This document shows, piece after piece, positions 24,050 to 35,865 of a DNA stretch of 64,000 nt. How positions within the stretch are numbered: position 1 is the first letter of the stretch; each line of letters begins with the position of its first letter. The notes under the pieces were generated by a model that searched no databases, was not told the origin of the DNA, and saw only the letters and a program-made list of their open reading frames with translations. The position numbers and the translations under genes are program-made. Source of the DNA: Azolla caroliniana (lineage: Eukaryota > Plantae > Polypodiophyta); the NCBI GenBank assembly GCA_043228905.1, contig JBHGNT010000004.1, forward strand, positions 9,734,001 through 9,798,000, written 5' to 3'.

Positions 24050-24530
24050 GGGAGTATGTTATGTACACATAACGTTGGTGAGGGTAGGTCACTAATATTT
24101 ACATTAGTGAAGGGTATGTTCACTATTATTAAAAAGGGGACTAATGATTGGATAGAATGAATGATATGTGCATGCACTATCATGATTTAGACAACCAATG
24201 AATAGAGAGCCTTTTAGAAAGGCACATCTATTCAAGGGGCCTAGGAAAAGGTATAAATATGAGGCTTAGCTACCCTCATAGGGATCATCACGTCGGAAGG
24301 CTGCTGTCGTAGACACCGGTGGTGCGGGCTAGGCTTTCGTCTCAACGATCGTGTTTATCTCTTCCAAGGTATTAGTCATCCTAATATCCGGCGGTATGGG
24401 ACGTCGGTGGTAGGTTGGCTATGTCTAGATCATAGCTCGGGGGTGGTCGGGTGGAACGGGTTCTTCTATCCAATCTATTTTCTTCCTTTTTACTTGATTT
24501 GGTCTATTGATTAGTAATAGACTCTTAACA

Positions 24531-25290
24531 CTAGGATAGCTAATTAGCTACTATGGTAGCTAATTAACTACTTTACTCAACTATGGTAGTAGCTAGGATA
24601 GCTAATTAGCTACTTTACTCAACTATGGTAGTAGCTAGGATAGCTAATTAGCTACTGGGATAGCTAATTAGCTACTTTTCTCAACTATGGTAATATCTAG
24701 GATAGCTAATTAGCTACTTTCTCAACTATGTAGTAGCTAGGATAGCTAATTAGCTACTAGGATAGCTAATTAGCTAGTAGCTCATTAGCTGCCAATAGCT
24801 AATTAGCTAGTAGGATAGCTAATTAGCTACTTTATACAACTATGGTACTAGCTAATTAGTTATGAGTAGTTAATTAGCTAGTAGCTAACTAGCTGCCAGT
24901 AGCTAATTAGCTGCCATTAGGATAGCTAATTAGCTAGTAGCTAATTAGCTACCAGTAGGATAGCTAATTAGCTAGTAGCTAACTAGCTGCCACTTAGCTA
25001 ATTAACTACTGTAGTAAACTATGGCAGTAGCTAATTAGCTACTAGGATAGCTATTAGCTGCTTTAATCAACTATGGTAGTAGCTAATTAGCTGCCAGTAG
25101 GATAGCTAATTAGCTAGTAGCTAATTAGCTGCCATTTAGCTAATTAACTATTGTAGTAAACTATGGCAGTAGCTAATTAGCTACTAGGATAGCTATTAGC
25201 TGCTTTAATCAACTATGGTAGTAGCTAATTAGCTACAACGATAGCAACAAAATAGTTTCCATACTTTTTACGGCTTAGCTAATTAGAAGA
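24531..25290. repeat. TAGCTAATTAGCTA array (right part)
   Basis: Continues the array in phase after the chromovirus TSD. Confidence 0.95.
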
Positions 25291-25301
25291 GACTAAGCTT
25301 A

Positions 25302-26650
25302 CTAGCTACAGTATGGTATACCTGTTAGTTTTCTCCACTCATTTGGTAGAGTTGTACTGCAATCTACCAAATAGAATGCAGCAATTCGATAGGCATATTG
25401 AAAACAAAGGAGATGGTATGTGTGGTTGCATGGTTGTAGGTGAACCAACAAAGACGTAGTTTTGTCCTCCATACCTAACCCACAAGCGATGCAACGTGCT
25501 TGAACTGTCAATAAATCATTTTCTGGTTCTCCTTCATTTGGTAAGGGAGCAAGAATGTTCAGGTCCAAATCCTGTCTGCTCCTTACCATTCCCTCCACAA
25601 AATGTAGCTGCTTCTTAAGGCAGATAACTACCTGTTCTTGATGAATGTATTGTTCCTTCAACGCAACAGAGAAATTTACCGATTAATTATTCTTGTCTGA
25701 GAAAGATACACCAACTTTGCTCAGGAATCGTTAACTTACTTGAAGCTTTTCCAAATTGTAATCTACAACAGTATTTACACCTAGAAGGTCCAGGTTCGTT
25801 GAAAGAACCTGGATCTCTATTTGCAGTTGTATTTTACGTTGGGGATCTAGTGGCCCCTCTAATTCAAGCTCCTGTTGCGCAACCTATTCCAGATAATGCT
25901 TGATTAGCACATTTTACCCTTAAAGTTATTTATAACACAATCACATACCAACAAAACAATAGTTACCTGAATCTTATTTCTAATCGTTGTAACAGCGAAA
26001 GTAACTTTGCTCTCCATTGCAGAAGCCATTGTGGCTTTCTCTAAATCAGTCTTAAAAAATGCTAATGTCTGACAGGCTTCATGGACATTTTTTAGCATAT
26101 AGCTAACCAATGTCTCACCTGTATCATCGACATTGGCTTTCCTTGGGTGTCGGTGTCGTGTATGCCCCCGGTTTTGCCGGGAGTTGGCAGTTGCATCAAC
26201 AGCTGCCATGCTCCAAAATCTGTCTATTTTTTGTGCCAAGGTCCCCATCTTTTGGCATCTTTCTATCGATGCCTCACCATAGACTGCCCAAGCTACCCTA
26301 TACATTTCAGGGTCTCTGGATTCCTTCGTTGTTTTGCAGTACTCATATGCAAATGCTCTAGCAAATGAAACTGACAACTCATTGTTGACTGGGATCTCCT
26401 GATGAACTTTCTGGTGCAGCCTCATGCAGTCATCGTACAAGTCGGCTCGTACATGCTTCAGCTTGACCTTGCCTTTGACTCTAGGCACTGTATATATACT
26501 GTCATCTAGTCTACATCACTTATCAATTTATCACTTAGTACAGTAGGGTCAACACCCTTGAGTGACAGACCATAGGTGTTGTGGAAGTCCTCCTTTGTCT
26601 CGCAAAATTTTGCGAAGTTTAGCACTCTCAGATACGGAGGAACGAGCCAT
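25302..26650 (-). CDS. Predicted 4-exon gene, ~374 aa, helical region plus C-terminal RING-H2-like finger
   Basis: Exons 26650-26556, 26498-25967, 25883-25740 and 25655-25302 join in frame through GT-AG introns of 57, 83 and 84 nt without stops. Motif C-x2-C-x17-C-x-H-x2-H-x2-C-x10-Y-x3-C, where Y=TAT is one transition from Cys. Confidence 0.65.
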
Positions 26651-26659
26651 CTGAAATAT

Positions 26660-27417
26660 CAAATCAGAAATCAGAAATAGTGCAAAATCAGAATATGTCA
26701 GAATCAGAAATCCCAATCAACAACAGAAATAGTGCAAAATCATTAACTTAGCAAATCAGAAACCCCTTTCAGAAATTGCAATCAGATATTTCTAAACAGA
26801 AACCCTAATCATAATTTGTATTCAGAAATTTGAAATCAGAAACCCTAATCAAAATCTGTAATCAGAAGTTTGTAACCAGAAACCCTATTCCGAAATTCTA
26901 ATTAGAAATTTATAATCAAAAACCCTAATCAGAAATTTAATCAGAAACCATAATCAGAAAATTGTAACTAGAAACAAAAACCCTAATTATAATTTGTATT
27001 CAGAAATTTGAAATCAAAAACCCTAATCAAAATCTATAATCAGAAGTTTGAAATCAAAAACCCTAATCAAAATCTGTAATCAGAAGTTTGTAACCAGAAA
27101 CCCTATTCAAAAATTCTAATCAGAAATTTATAATAAAAAACCCTAATCAGACATTTCAATCAGAAACACTAATAAAAAATTTCAATCACAAACCCTAATC
27201 ACAAATTTATAAAGAAAAACCCTATTCAGAAATTCTAATCTGTAATCAAAATCTGTAACCAGAAACCCTATTCGGAAATTCTAATCAGAAATTTATAATA
27301 AAAAACCCTAATCAGAAATTTCAATCAGAAACCCTAATCAAAAATTTCAATCACAAACCCTAATCAGAAATTTATAAACAGAAACCCTAATCAGAAATTT
27401 TAATCAGAAACCCCAAT
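26660..27417. repeat. Degenerate tandem array of AGAAACCCTAATC (telo-box-like)
   Basis: Many AAACCCTAA/ATCAGAAA units. Confidence 0.9.
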
Positions 27418-27429
27418 CTATTTATTATA

Positions 27430-30400
27430 CGGAATGGTCGTACTATGATAGAATTATATGCCCCTTCACTCTCCCAAAGGGTAGTATTGCACGAAGGGTA
27501 GCTGTGACTGACAACAAGAATAAGGATACAAGATATTTGAAGGGTGATGGAAGGTAAGTACCTATAATAGCATAAGACACAATAAAATATATATACATTA
27601 TAATAGAATAACACACAATATTCTTTTTTGTTTATGTTTTTGCCATTGTTAAAAACAAGAAATTGTTTTAGCCAAAAACAACACTTTTTGCTAGTGAATG
27701 CAGAGTAAGCATTGAAACTCTACAAGTTCCGCTACCACAGAAAGGTGGTACTATGACAGAATCATATGCCCCCTTCACACTCCCAAATGGTAGTATTGCA
27801 CGAAGGGTAGTTGTGACCAACAATAAGAATAAGGATACAAGAAATTTGAAGGGTGATGGAAGGTAAGTACTTATGATAGCATAAGACACAGTAAACATAC
27901 ATACATTATAATAGCATAAGACACAATATTCTTTCTTGTTTATGTTTTTGCCATTGTAAAAAACAAAAAATTGTTTTAGCTAAAACAACACTTTTTGCTG
28001 GTAAATGCAGAGTAAGCATTGAAACTCTAGGAGTTCCGCTACCATGGAAAGGTGGTACTATGACAGAATCATATGCCCCCTTCACACTCCTAAATGGTAG
28101 TATTGCACAAAGTGTAGCTGTGACCGACAACAAGAATAAGGATACAAGAAATCTTAAGGGCGATGGAATGTAAGTACTTATAATAGCATAAGACACAATA
28201 TTGCTTTTTGTTTATGTTTTTGCCATTGTTAAAAACAAAAAATTATTTTAGCCAAAACAACACTTTTTGCTGGTGAATGTAGAGTAAGCATTGAATCTCT
28301 ACAAGTTCAGCTACCACTAAAAGATGGTACTATGACAAAATCCTATGGCCCCTTCACACTCCCAAAGGGTAGTATTGCACGAAGTGTAGTTGTGACCGAC
28401 AACAAGAATAAGGATAGAAGAAATTTGAAGGGCGATGGAATGTAAGTACTTATAATAGCATAAGACAAAATTAAACATATATACATTATAATAGCATAAC
28501 ACAAAATATTCTTTTTTGTTTATGTATTTGCCATTCTTAAAAACAGAAAATTGTTTTAGCCAAAACAACAGTTTTTTGCTGGTAAATGCAGAGTGAGCAT
28601 TGAAACTCTACGAGTTCTGCTGCCACGAAATGGTGGTACTATGACAAAATCCTATGCCCCCTTCACACTCACAAAGGGTAGTATTGCACGAAGGGTAGCT
28701 GTGACCGATAACAAGAATAAGGATACAAGAAATTTGAAGGGCTATGACAAAATCCTATGCCCCCTTCATACTCACAAAATGTAGTATTGCATGAAGGGTA
28801 GTTGTGACGGATAACAAGAATAAGGATACAAGAAATTTGAAGGGCGATGGAATGTAAGTACTTATAATAGCATAAGACAAAATTAAACATATATACATTA
28901 TAATAGCATAACACAAAATATTCTTTTTTGTTTATGTATTTGTCATTCTTAAAAACAGAAAATTGTTTTAGCCAAAACAACAGTTTTTTGCTGGTGAATG
29001 CAGAGTGAGCATTGAAACTCTACGAGTTCTGCTGCCACGGAATGGTCGTACTATGACAAAATCATATGCCCCCTTCACACTCACATAGGGTAGTATTGCA
29101 CGAAGGGTAGTTGTGACCGATAACAAGAATAAGGATACAAGAAATTTGATGGGCTGTGACAAAATCCTATGCCTCCTTCACACTTACAAAGGGTAGTATT
29201 GCACGAAGTGTAGCTATGACGGATAACAAGAATAAGGATACAAGAAATTTGAAGGGCGATGAAAGATAAGTACTTATAATAGCATAAGACACAATAAAAC
29301 ATACATATATTATAATAGCATAACACAAAATATTCTTTTTTGTTTATGTTTTTGCCATTGTTCAAAACAAAAAATTATTGTAGCCAAAAAACACTTTTTG
29401 CTTGTGAATGCAATGAAAGCATTGAAACTCTACGATTTCTGCTAACACGGAATGGTGGTACTATGATAAAATCCTTTGCCCTCTTCACACTCACAAAGGG
29501 TAGTATTGCACGAAGGGTAGCTGTGATCGACAACAAGAATAAGGATACAAGAAATTTGAAGGGCGATGGAAGGTAAGTACTTATAATAGAATAAGACACA
29601 ATAAAAAATACATACATTATCATAGCAAAACACAAAATATTCTTTTTTGTTTATGTTTTTGCCATTGTTAAAAACAAAAAATAGTTTTAGCCAAAACAAC
29701 ACTTTTTGTTGGTGAATGTAGAGTAAGCATTGAAACTCTACGAGTTCTGTTACCACGGAATGGTGGTACTATGACAAAATCCTATGCCCTCTTCACATTC
29801 CCAAAGGATAGTATTGCACGATGGGTAGCTGTGACTAACAACAAGAATAAGGATACAAGAAATTTGAAGGGCGATGGAAGGTAGGTACTTTTAATAGGAT
29901 AAGACACAATGAAACATTCATACATTATAATAGCATAAGACACAATATTCTTTTTTGGGTGGTGAATGCAGAGTGAGCACTGGAACTCTACGAGTTCAGT
30001 TGCCATGAAGGGAAAATACTTTTGCAAAATTGTTGGCCCCCATCACACTCACAGAGGGTAGTACTGCATGAAATTTGAAGGATGATGGAAGGTAAGTACT
30101 TATAGTAGGATAACACACAATAAGAGATACATACATTATAATAGCATAAGACATAATATTCTTTTTTTTAATTATGTTTTTGCCATTGTTAAAAGCAAAA
30201 AATTGGTGGGAGAGGCAAAAACGTATTGATTCTAAAGATGCTAAAGATTGTGTGGAGGAGGATGTTGTAGAAGTGGTGATGGAGACCAATTCTATGTTAG
30301 CAACTTTTGATAGGTTTTGTGATCGTGGTGTTATTTTGTATTTCACCAGGAAACTTCCTTTGGTATGATGGATTAAGCAGTGGTTAAATTCATTCATAAT

Positions 30401-32135
30401 GCCCAATTGTGTTGAGGATATGTATGTGGTTCCAAGAGGTTTCTATAATGTAGTATTGCACGAAGGGTAGTTGTGACCGACAATAAGAATAAGGATACAA
30501 GAAATTTGAAGGGTGATGGAAGGTCAGTACTTATAATAGCATAAGACATAGTAAAACATACATACATTATAATAGTATAAGACACAATATTCTTTCTTGT
30601 TTATGTTTTTGCCATTGTTAAAAACAAAAAATTGTTTTAGCTAAAACAACACTTTTTGCTGGTAAATGCAGAGTAAGCATTGAAACTCTAGGAGTTCCGC
30701 TACCATGGAAAGGTGGTACTATGACAGAATCATATGCCCCCTTCACACTCCCAAATGGTAGTATTGCACAAAGTGTAGTTGTGACCAAAAACAAGAATAA
30801 GGATACAAGAAATCTTAAGGGCGATGGAATGTAAGTACTTATAATAGCATAAGACACAATATTGTTTTTTGTTTATGTTTTTGCCATTCTTAAAAACAAA
30901 AAATAGTTTTAGCCAAAACAACACTTTTTGCTGGTGAATGTAGAGTAAGCATTGAATCTCTACGAGTTCAGCTACCACGGAAAGATGGTACTATGACAAA
31001 ATCCTATGGCCCCTTCACACTCCCAAAGGGTAGTATTGCACGAAGTGTAGTTGTGACCGACAACAAGAATAAGGATAGAAGAAATTTGAAGGGCGATGGA
31101 ATGTAAGTACTTATAATAGCATAAGACAAAATTAAACATATATACATTATAATAGCATAACACAAAATATTCTTTTTTGTTATGTATTTGCCATTCTTAA
31201 AAACAGAAAATTGTTTTAGCCAAAACAACAGTTTTTTGCTGGTGAATGCAAAGTGAGCATTGAAACTCTACGAGTTCTGCTGCCACGGAATGGTGGTACT
31301 ATGACAAAATCCTATGCCCCCTTCACACTCACAAAGGGTAGTATTGCACGAAGGGTAGTTGTGACCGATAACAAGAATAAGGATACAAGAAATTTGAAGG
31401 GCTATGACAAAATCCTATGCCCCCTTCATACTCACAAAGGGTAGTATTGCACGAAGGGTAGTTGTGACTGATAACAAGAATAAGGATACAAGAAATTTGA
31501 AGGGCGATGAAAGATAAGTACTTACAATAGCGTAAGACACAATAAAACATACATATATTATAATAACATAACACAGAATATTCTTTTTTGTTTATGTTTT
31601 TGCCATTGTTAAAAAACAAAAAATTATTGTAGCCAAAAAACACTTTTTGCTGGTGAATGCAGAGAAAGCATTGAAACTCTACGATTTCTGCTACCACGGA
31701 ATGGTTGTACTATGATAAAATCCTATGCCCTCTTCACACTCACAAAGGGTAGTATTGCACGATGGGTAGCTGTGACCGACAACAAGAATAAGGATATAAG
31801 AAATTTCAAGGGCGATGGAAGGTAAGTACTTATAATAGCACAAGACACAATAAAACATTCATACATTATAATAGCATAAGACACAATATTCTTTTTTGGG
31901 TGGTGAATGCAGAGTGAGCACTGGAACTCTACGAGTTTAGTTGCGATGAAGGGAAAATACTTTTGCAAAATTGTTGGCCCCCATCACACTCACAGAGGGT
32001 AGTACTACATGAAATTTGAAGGATGATGGAAGGTAAGTACTTATAGTAGGATAACACACAATAAGAGATACATACATTATAATAGCATAAGACACAATAT
32101 TCTATTTTTTTTTTATGTTTTTGACATTGTTAAAA
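27430..32135 (+). repeat. ~300-bp tandem repeat (about 15 units) with exon/intron architecture and a higher-order duplication
   Basis: Unit = TGCAG|159 nt|GTAAGT plus an AT-rich spacer. The block from about 30450 repeats the variant order seen from about 27790. Confidence 0.9.
30195..30450 (+). pseudogene. Duplicated LINE ORF1 fragment (empty site for the TIR element)
   Basis: Matches 32135-32349 joined to 35870 onward. Confidence 0.8.
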
Positions 32136-32349
32136 GCAAAAAATTGGTGGGAGAGGCAAAAGTGTATTGATTCTACAAAACATGAGAAAATATCATATGA
32201 TGCTATTCTTGGTGGGAAAGATGTTATTGGAGATGATTATGATATTGATAGTAGTAGTGATTTTGTTAAGGCTTTGCTTTCTGATTTTATGGAAAAACTG
32301 ACAAAGATGATAAAGATTGTGTGGAGGAGGATGTTGTAGAAGTGGTGAT

Positions 32350-35300
32350 AACACCTTTGCATTCACAAGTGGAAGGACTGCGCATTCCACTTATAGATTC
32401 CTTTTATAATCTTGCGATTTTAGACAATTTCCAAAAACTTGATACACTAGTATCATATGTTTTAAATAGCATGTAAATTTTGCTAATTTTTTGAGATTTA
32501 ACAAATTTCAAAATGATAATTTCTAAAATTGAATAGTTTAGGGATAATGTTTAAATGTTGATGGTTTGCAGATATGAAATGTAGTTAACTTAAAGAAAAT
32601 CACAATTATGGTCAACTCAAGGCACAAGTTAAGATTAATGGTTTCACCGTCTTGAGAAGATTAAGGTTACATCTATTGTTAGACTTGAAAATGTTTTAAG
32701 TATAAAAGGTAATATTGCAATCCTTAATGTCATCATCTATAAATTAGTGCTCATTAACATCCATAAATTCACAACTCAAGAAATGTAGACAATATTTATA
32801 AACAATTTTGATAAATCCACAACTCCTAAAATGTAGACGATATTCATAAATTGTCAAACTTTAGATGTGAACATTAATATATCAATTTGAACATAACACA
32901 TAGTTATCAAGGTATCTACAATGTTATAATCTCCTTCCTTATAAGAATTCCCCTTCAAAATTTGTGAAGTAAATGGCATTTGCAAAGTTCAATTTCCATC
33001 AACACAATTATTAATGGTTTTCTTCTAATAAATGAAGCACATATTTACCATAAGGTATCTTGTTCTGCAACATACATCTTTAAAAAACCTCTTTTATTTG
33101 AAAAACAACAAGAGTTTTAAACATGAACACGATATGTTGTATTGAATTGACGTAAAAAATAGAGTTTTCATCATAACTCTATACAATATATTGAATTCAT
33201 GTTCAAAGTTTTTTTTACCGGATTTAAAAAATAATAATAATAATAAATTAAGCTTGAGTTCATAGAAAAACCAGATTTTTCATCACAATTCAATACAATG
33301 TATCAAGTTCATGTTTAAAGCAATTTTTTCTAATTTTTAAAAAAACATTTTCAATTTGTTTCAAATTTTTTTATTTTTTTTCAAATTTTTTTTGTTTTTT
33401 TCAATTTTTTTTATTTTTTTATTTTTTATGGAAAAAATAATAATTTTAAACATGAACTCGATACATTGTATCGACTTGTGATAAAAACTCTGGTTTCTTC
33501 ATCACTTATTAAAGCTCCAAAACAAAATTCTAAGACAGAGACGAAATTGGTACTAAGAGAGAAATATTAGTACTAAGAAGAATTGGGACTGAGAGGGAAT
33601 GATGATGACATGAGTTAATCTACGGCGTATCGAGTTCATGTTGAAAAGCTAACTTTTGTACATGAACTCGATACGCCTTTTCAACATGAACTCGAAACGG
33701 CGTATCGAGTTCATGTTTAAAGTTTTATTTTGGATTGTTTTTTTTAAATAATTACATTTTTTCCTATTTTCTTTTTTTTGCTAAAAAACTTTGAGCTTTA
33801 ATAAGTGATGAAAATAATATTTCATGTATTACAATGTATGGTCTAATGGTCGAGAGCTTGACCCATGTAGCATAAGGTCATGGGTTCTAGTCCTACCATA
33901 TCATGACATGAACTAAGCTAACTTTTTTACATGAACTCGATACGCCTTTTCAAGATGAACTCGATACGGCGTATCGAGTTCATGTTGAAAAGCTAACTTT
34001 TTTACATGAACCCGATACGCCGTATCGAGTTCATCTCGAAAAGCTAACTTTTTTACATGAACCCGATACGACGTATCGAGTTCATGTTGAAAAGCTCACT
34101 TTTTTACGTGAACTGGATACGGCGTATCGAGTTCATGTTTAAAGTTTTATTTCGGATTTTTTTATTTAAATAATTACATTTTTTCCTATTTTAGTATGGT
34201 TTTTTGTTTTATTTCTAAAAAGAAATTGAGTTTTAATAAGTGATAAAAATAATATTTTATGTATTACAATGTATGGTCTAATGATCAAGAGCTTGACCTA
34301 TATAACATAAGGTCATGGGTTCGAGTTCTACCATATCATGACATGAAAAGTTTAATTTTGGATTTTTTTTAAAAAATAATTACATTTTTTTCTATTTTAT
34401 TTTGGTATTTTGTTTTTTTTCCTAAAACAAAATTGAGGTTTAATAAGTGATGAAAAAACCAGAGCTTTTATCACAAGTCGATACAATGTTTCAAATTGAT
34501 GTTTAAAAAATAAAACAAAATCAATAAAAAATTATAAAAAATTGAAAAAAAATTGAAAACAATTAGAAAAAATTACTTTAAGCATGAACTCAATACATTA
34601 TATCGAATTGTGATGAAAATTATGGTTTTCTAGATGAACTCAAGCACAATTTATTATTATTATTTTTTTTAAAATCTAGTAAAAAAAACTTTGAGCAAGA
34701 ATTCAATACATTGTATGGAATTATGATGAAAACTCTATTTTTTACATCAACTCGATATAACATATCGACTTAATGTTTAAAATCTTGTTGTTTTTCAAAT
34801 AAAAGGGGTTTTTTAAACATGAACTTGAATCGTACTAAAATGTTTGTTTTAACAAGATAAAAATATGCATATCGATAGTGCAAACAAGTATGTTGTACAA
34901 CAAGATACTTTATGGTGAACATGTGCATCATTGATTAACAAAAAACTATTAATAATTGTGTTGATGGTAATTGAACCTTGCAAATGCCATTTACATGGTC
35001 CATAAAGTGTTCGTGTGGTTCTTAATCACTACTTAATGTTAATCTTTATAGTTGGAACGAAGGATGACAACACAAGTATAACTCAGATGACAAGGAAACT
35101 TGCAAGAACTCAAGATGGGGATATTAATAGCTACACTTGTAGATGGCCATGACCTAGGGTACCAATTCTGCATTGGTAAAGTTTTGGACGTGATGATGTA
35201 TTAAACATTTGTAATACATCTATCACTGACATTAATGAGGTGGATATCATTATGTATGACTTTACACAAACAAAAGTTGGATGTATAAGGACAACAACGA

Positions 35301-35865
35301 TATGCATACTAAAAGAGATATTAGCAAGTCTAGAAGATATCTCAGATTGAAGGCGAAGAAGATTTATTGCACAAAATTTGAAGATACCATTTGGTGAAGA
35401 CAATGATTTGATTGGTACATTGGAAGATGAGGAGGAAGAGTCACAATTGTATATTATCTATAGTAGTGATTCTCATGAAAAGAATGATGATAGTCATGCA
35501 AATAACTCCCAAATGTATTTGTTGTGCAACTATATGTAACAAATTTAGACAACATTTTATCGAATGGAACAAAAACGTTCATTGTTTTGAAATATTCTAC
35601 TTTGATTTCTTTAAGATCTAAAAACTTATTAGTTGTCATTTTTCTTTAAAAATCCACAAAGTTACTTTTCATATTTTACCCAAATTTGGCATTTTTCAAT
35701 TTTACCAAATGGTGAAATTTTCAACTTTTTCATCATGTTTTGGAGAACATGTGATACTAGTATCAAGATGTTTTGTGAAATGGCAAAAAAAACCCAAAAT
35801 CAAACGGAATATTCCTTATCCTTCCACTTGTGCGCGATCCTTCCACTTGTGAACGCAAACGTGTT
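32350..35865. mobile_element. Non-autonomous TIR DNA transposon, 3516 bp, 4-bp TSD TGAT
   Basis: ~35-bp TIRs AACACCTTTGCATTCACAAGTGGAAGGA / TCCTTCCACTTGTGAACGCAAACGTGTT; empty site GTGGTGATGGAGACC at about 30273. Confidence 0.9.
32969..34994. repeat. Internal long inverted repeat (arms ~32969-33518 and ~34433-34994) around palindromic minirepeats
   Basis: GTAAATGGCATTTGCAAAGTTCAATT... versus ...AATTGAACCTTGCAAATGCCATTTAC; the centre has ATGAACTCGATACG-N-CGTATCGAGTTCAT copies. Confidence 0.85.

Larger units (their letters stand above)
17417..24530 (+). mobile_element. Young full-length chromovirus (Ty3/Gypsy, Tcn1-like); LTRs 17417-17890 and 24057-24530
   Basis: 474-bp LTRs TGTTA...TAACA with about 3 visible differences; 5-bp TSD CTAGG; PBS TGGTATCGGAGC (iMet); PPT AGTAGGGGAG. 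Confidence 0.97.

Noticed and set aside
15525-25290. CRISPR-like palindromic repeat array
   Set aside because: The intervening sequences are themselves repeated rather than unique spacers, there are no cas genes, and the context is eukaryotic.
26660-27417. True or interstitial telomere
   Set aside because: The motifs are embedded in longer degenerate units, not contiguous (CCCTAAA)n.
27387-31968. Many short hydrophobic minus-strand ORFs
   Set aside because: They are by-products of the AT-rich tandem repeat; splice signals point to the plus strand.
35060-35560. Possible coding remnant inside the TIR element
   Set aside because: It is acidic and coding-like but full of stops, with no motif I can recognise.
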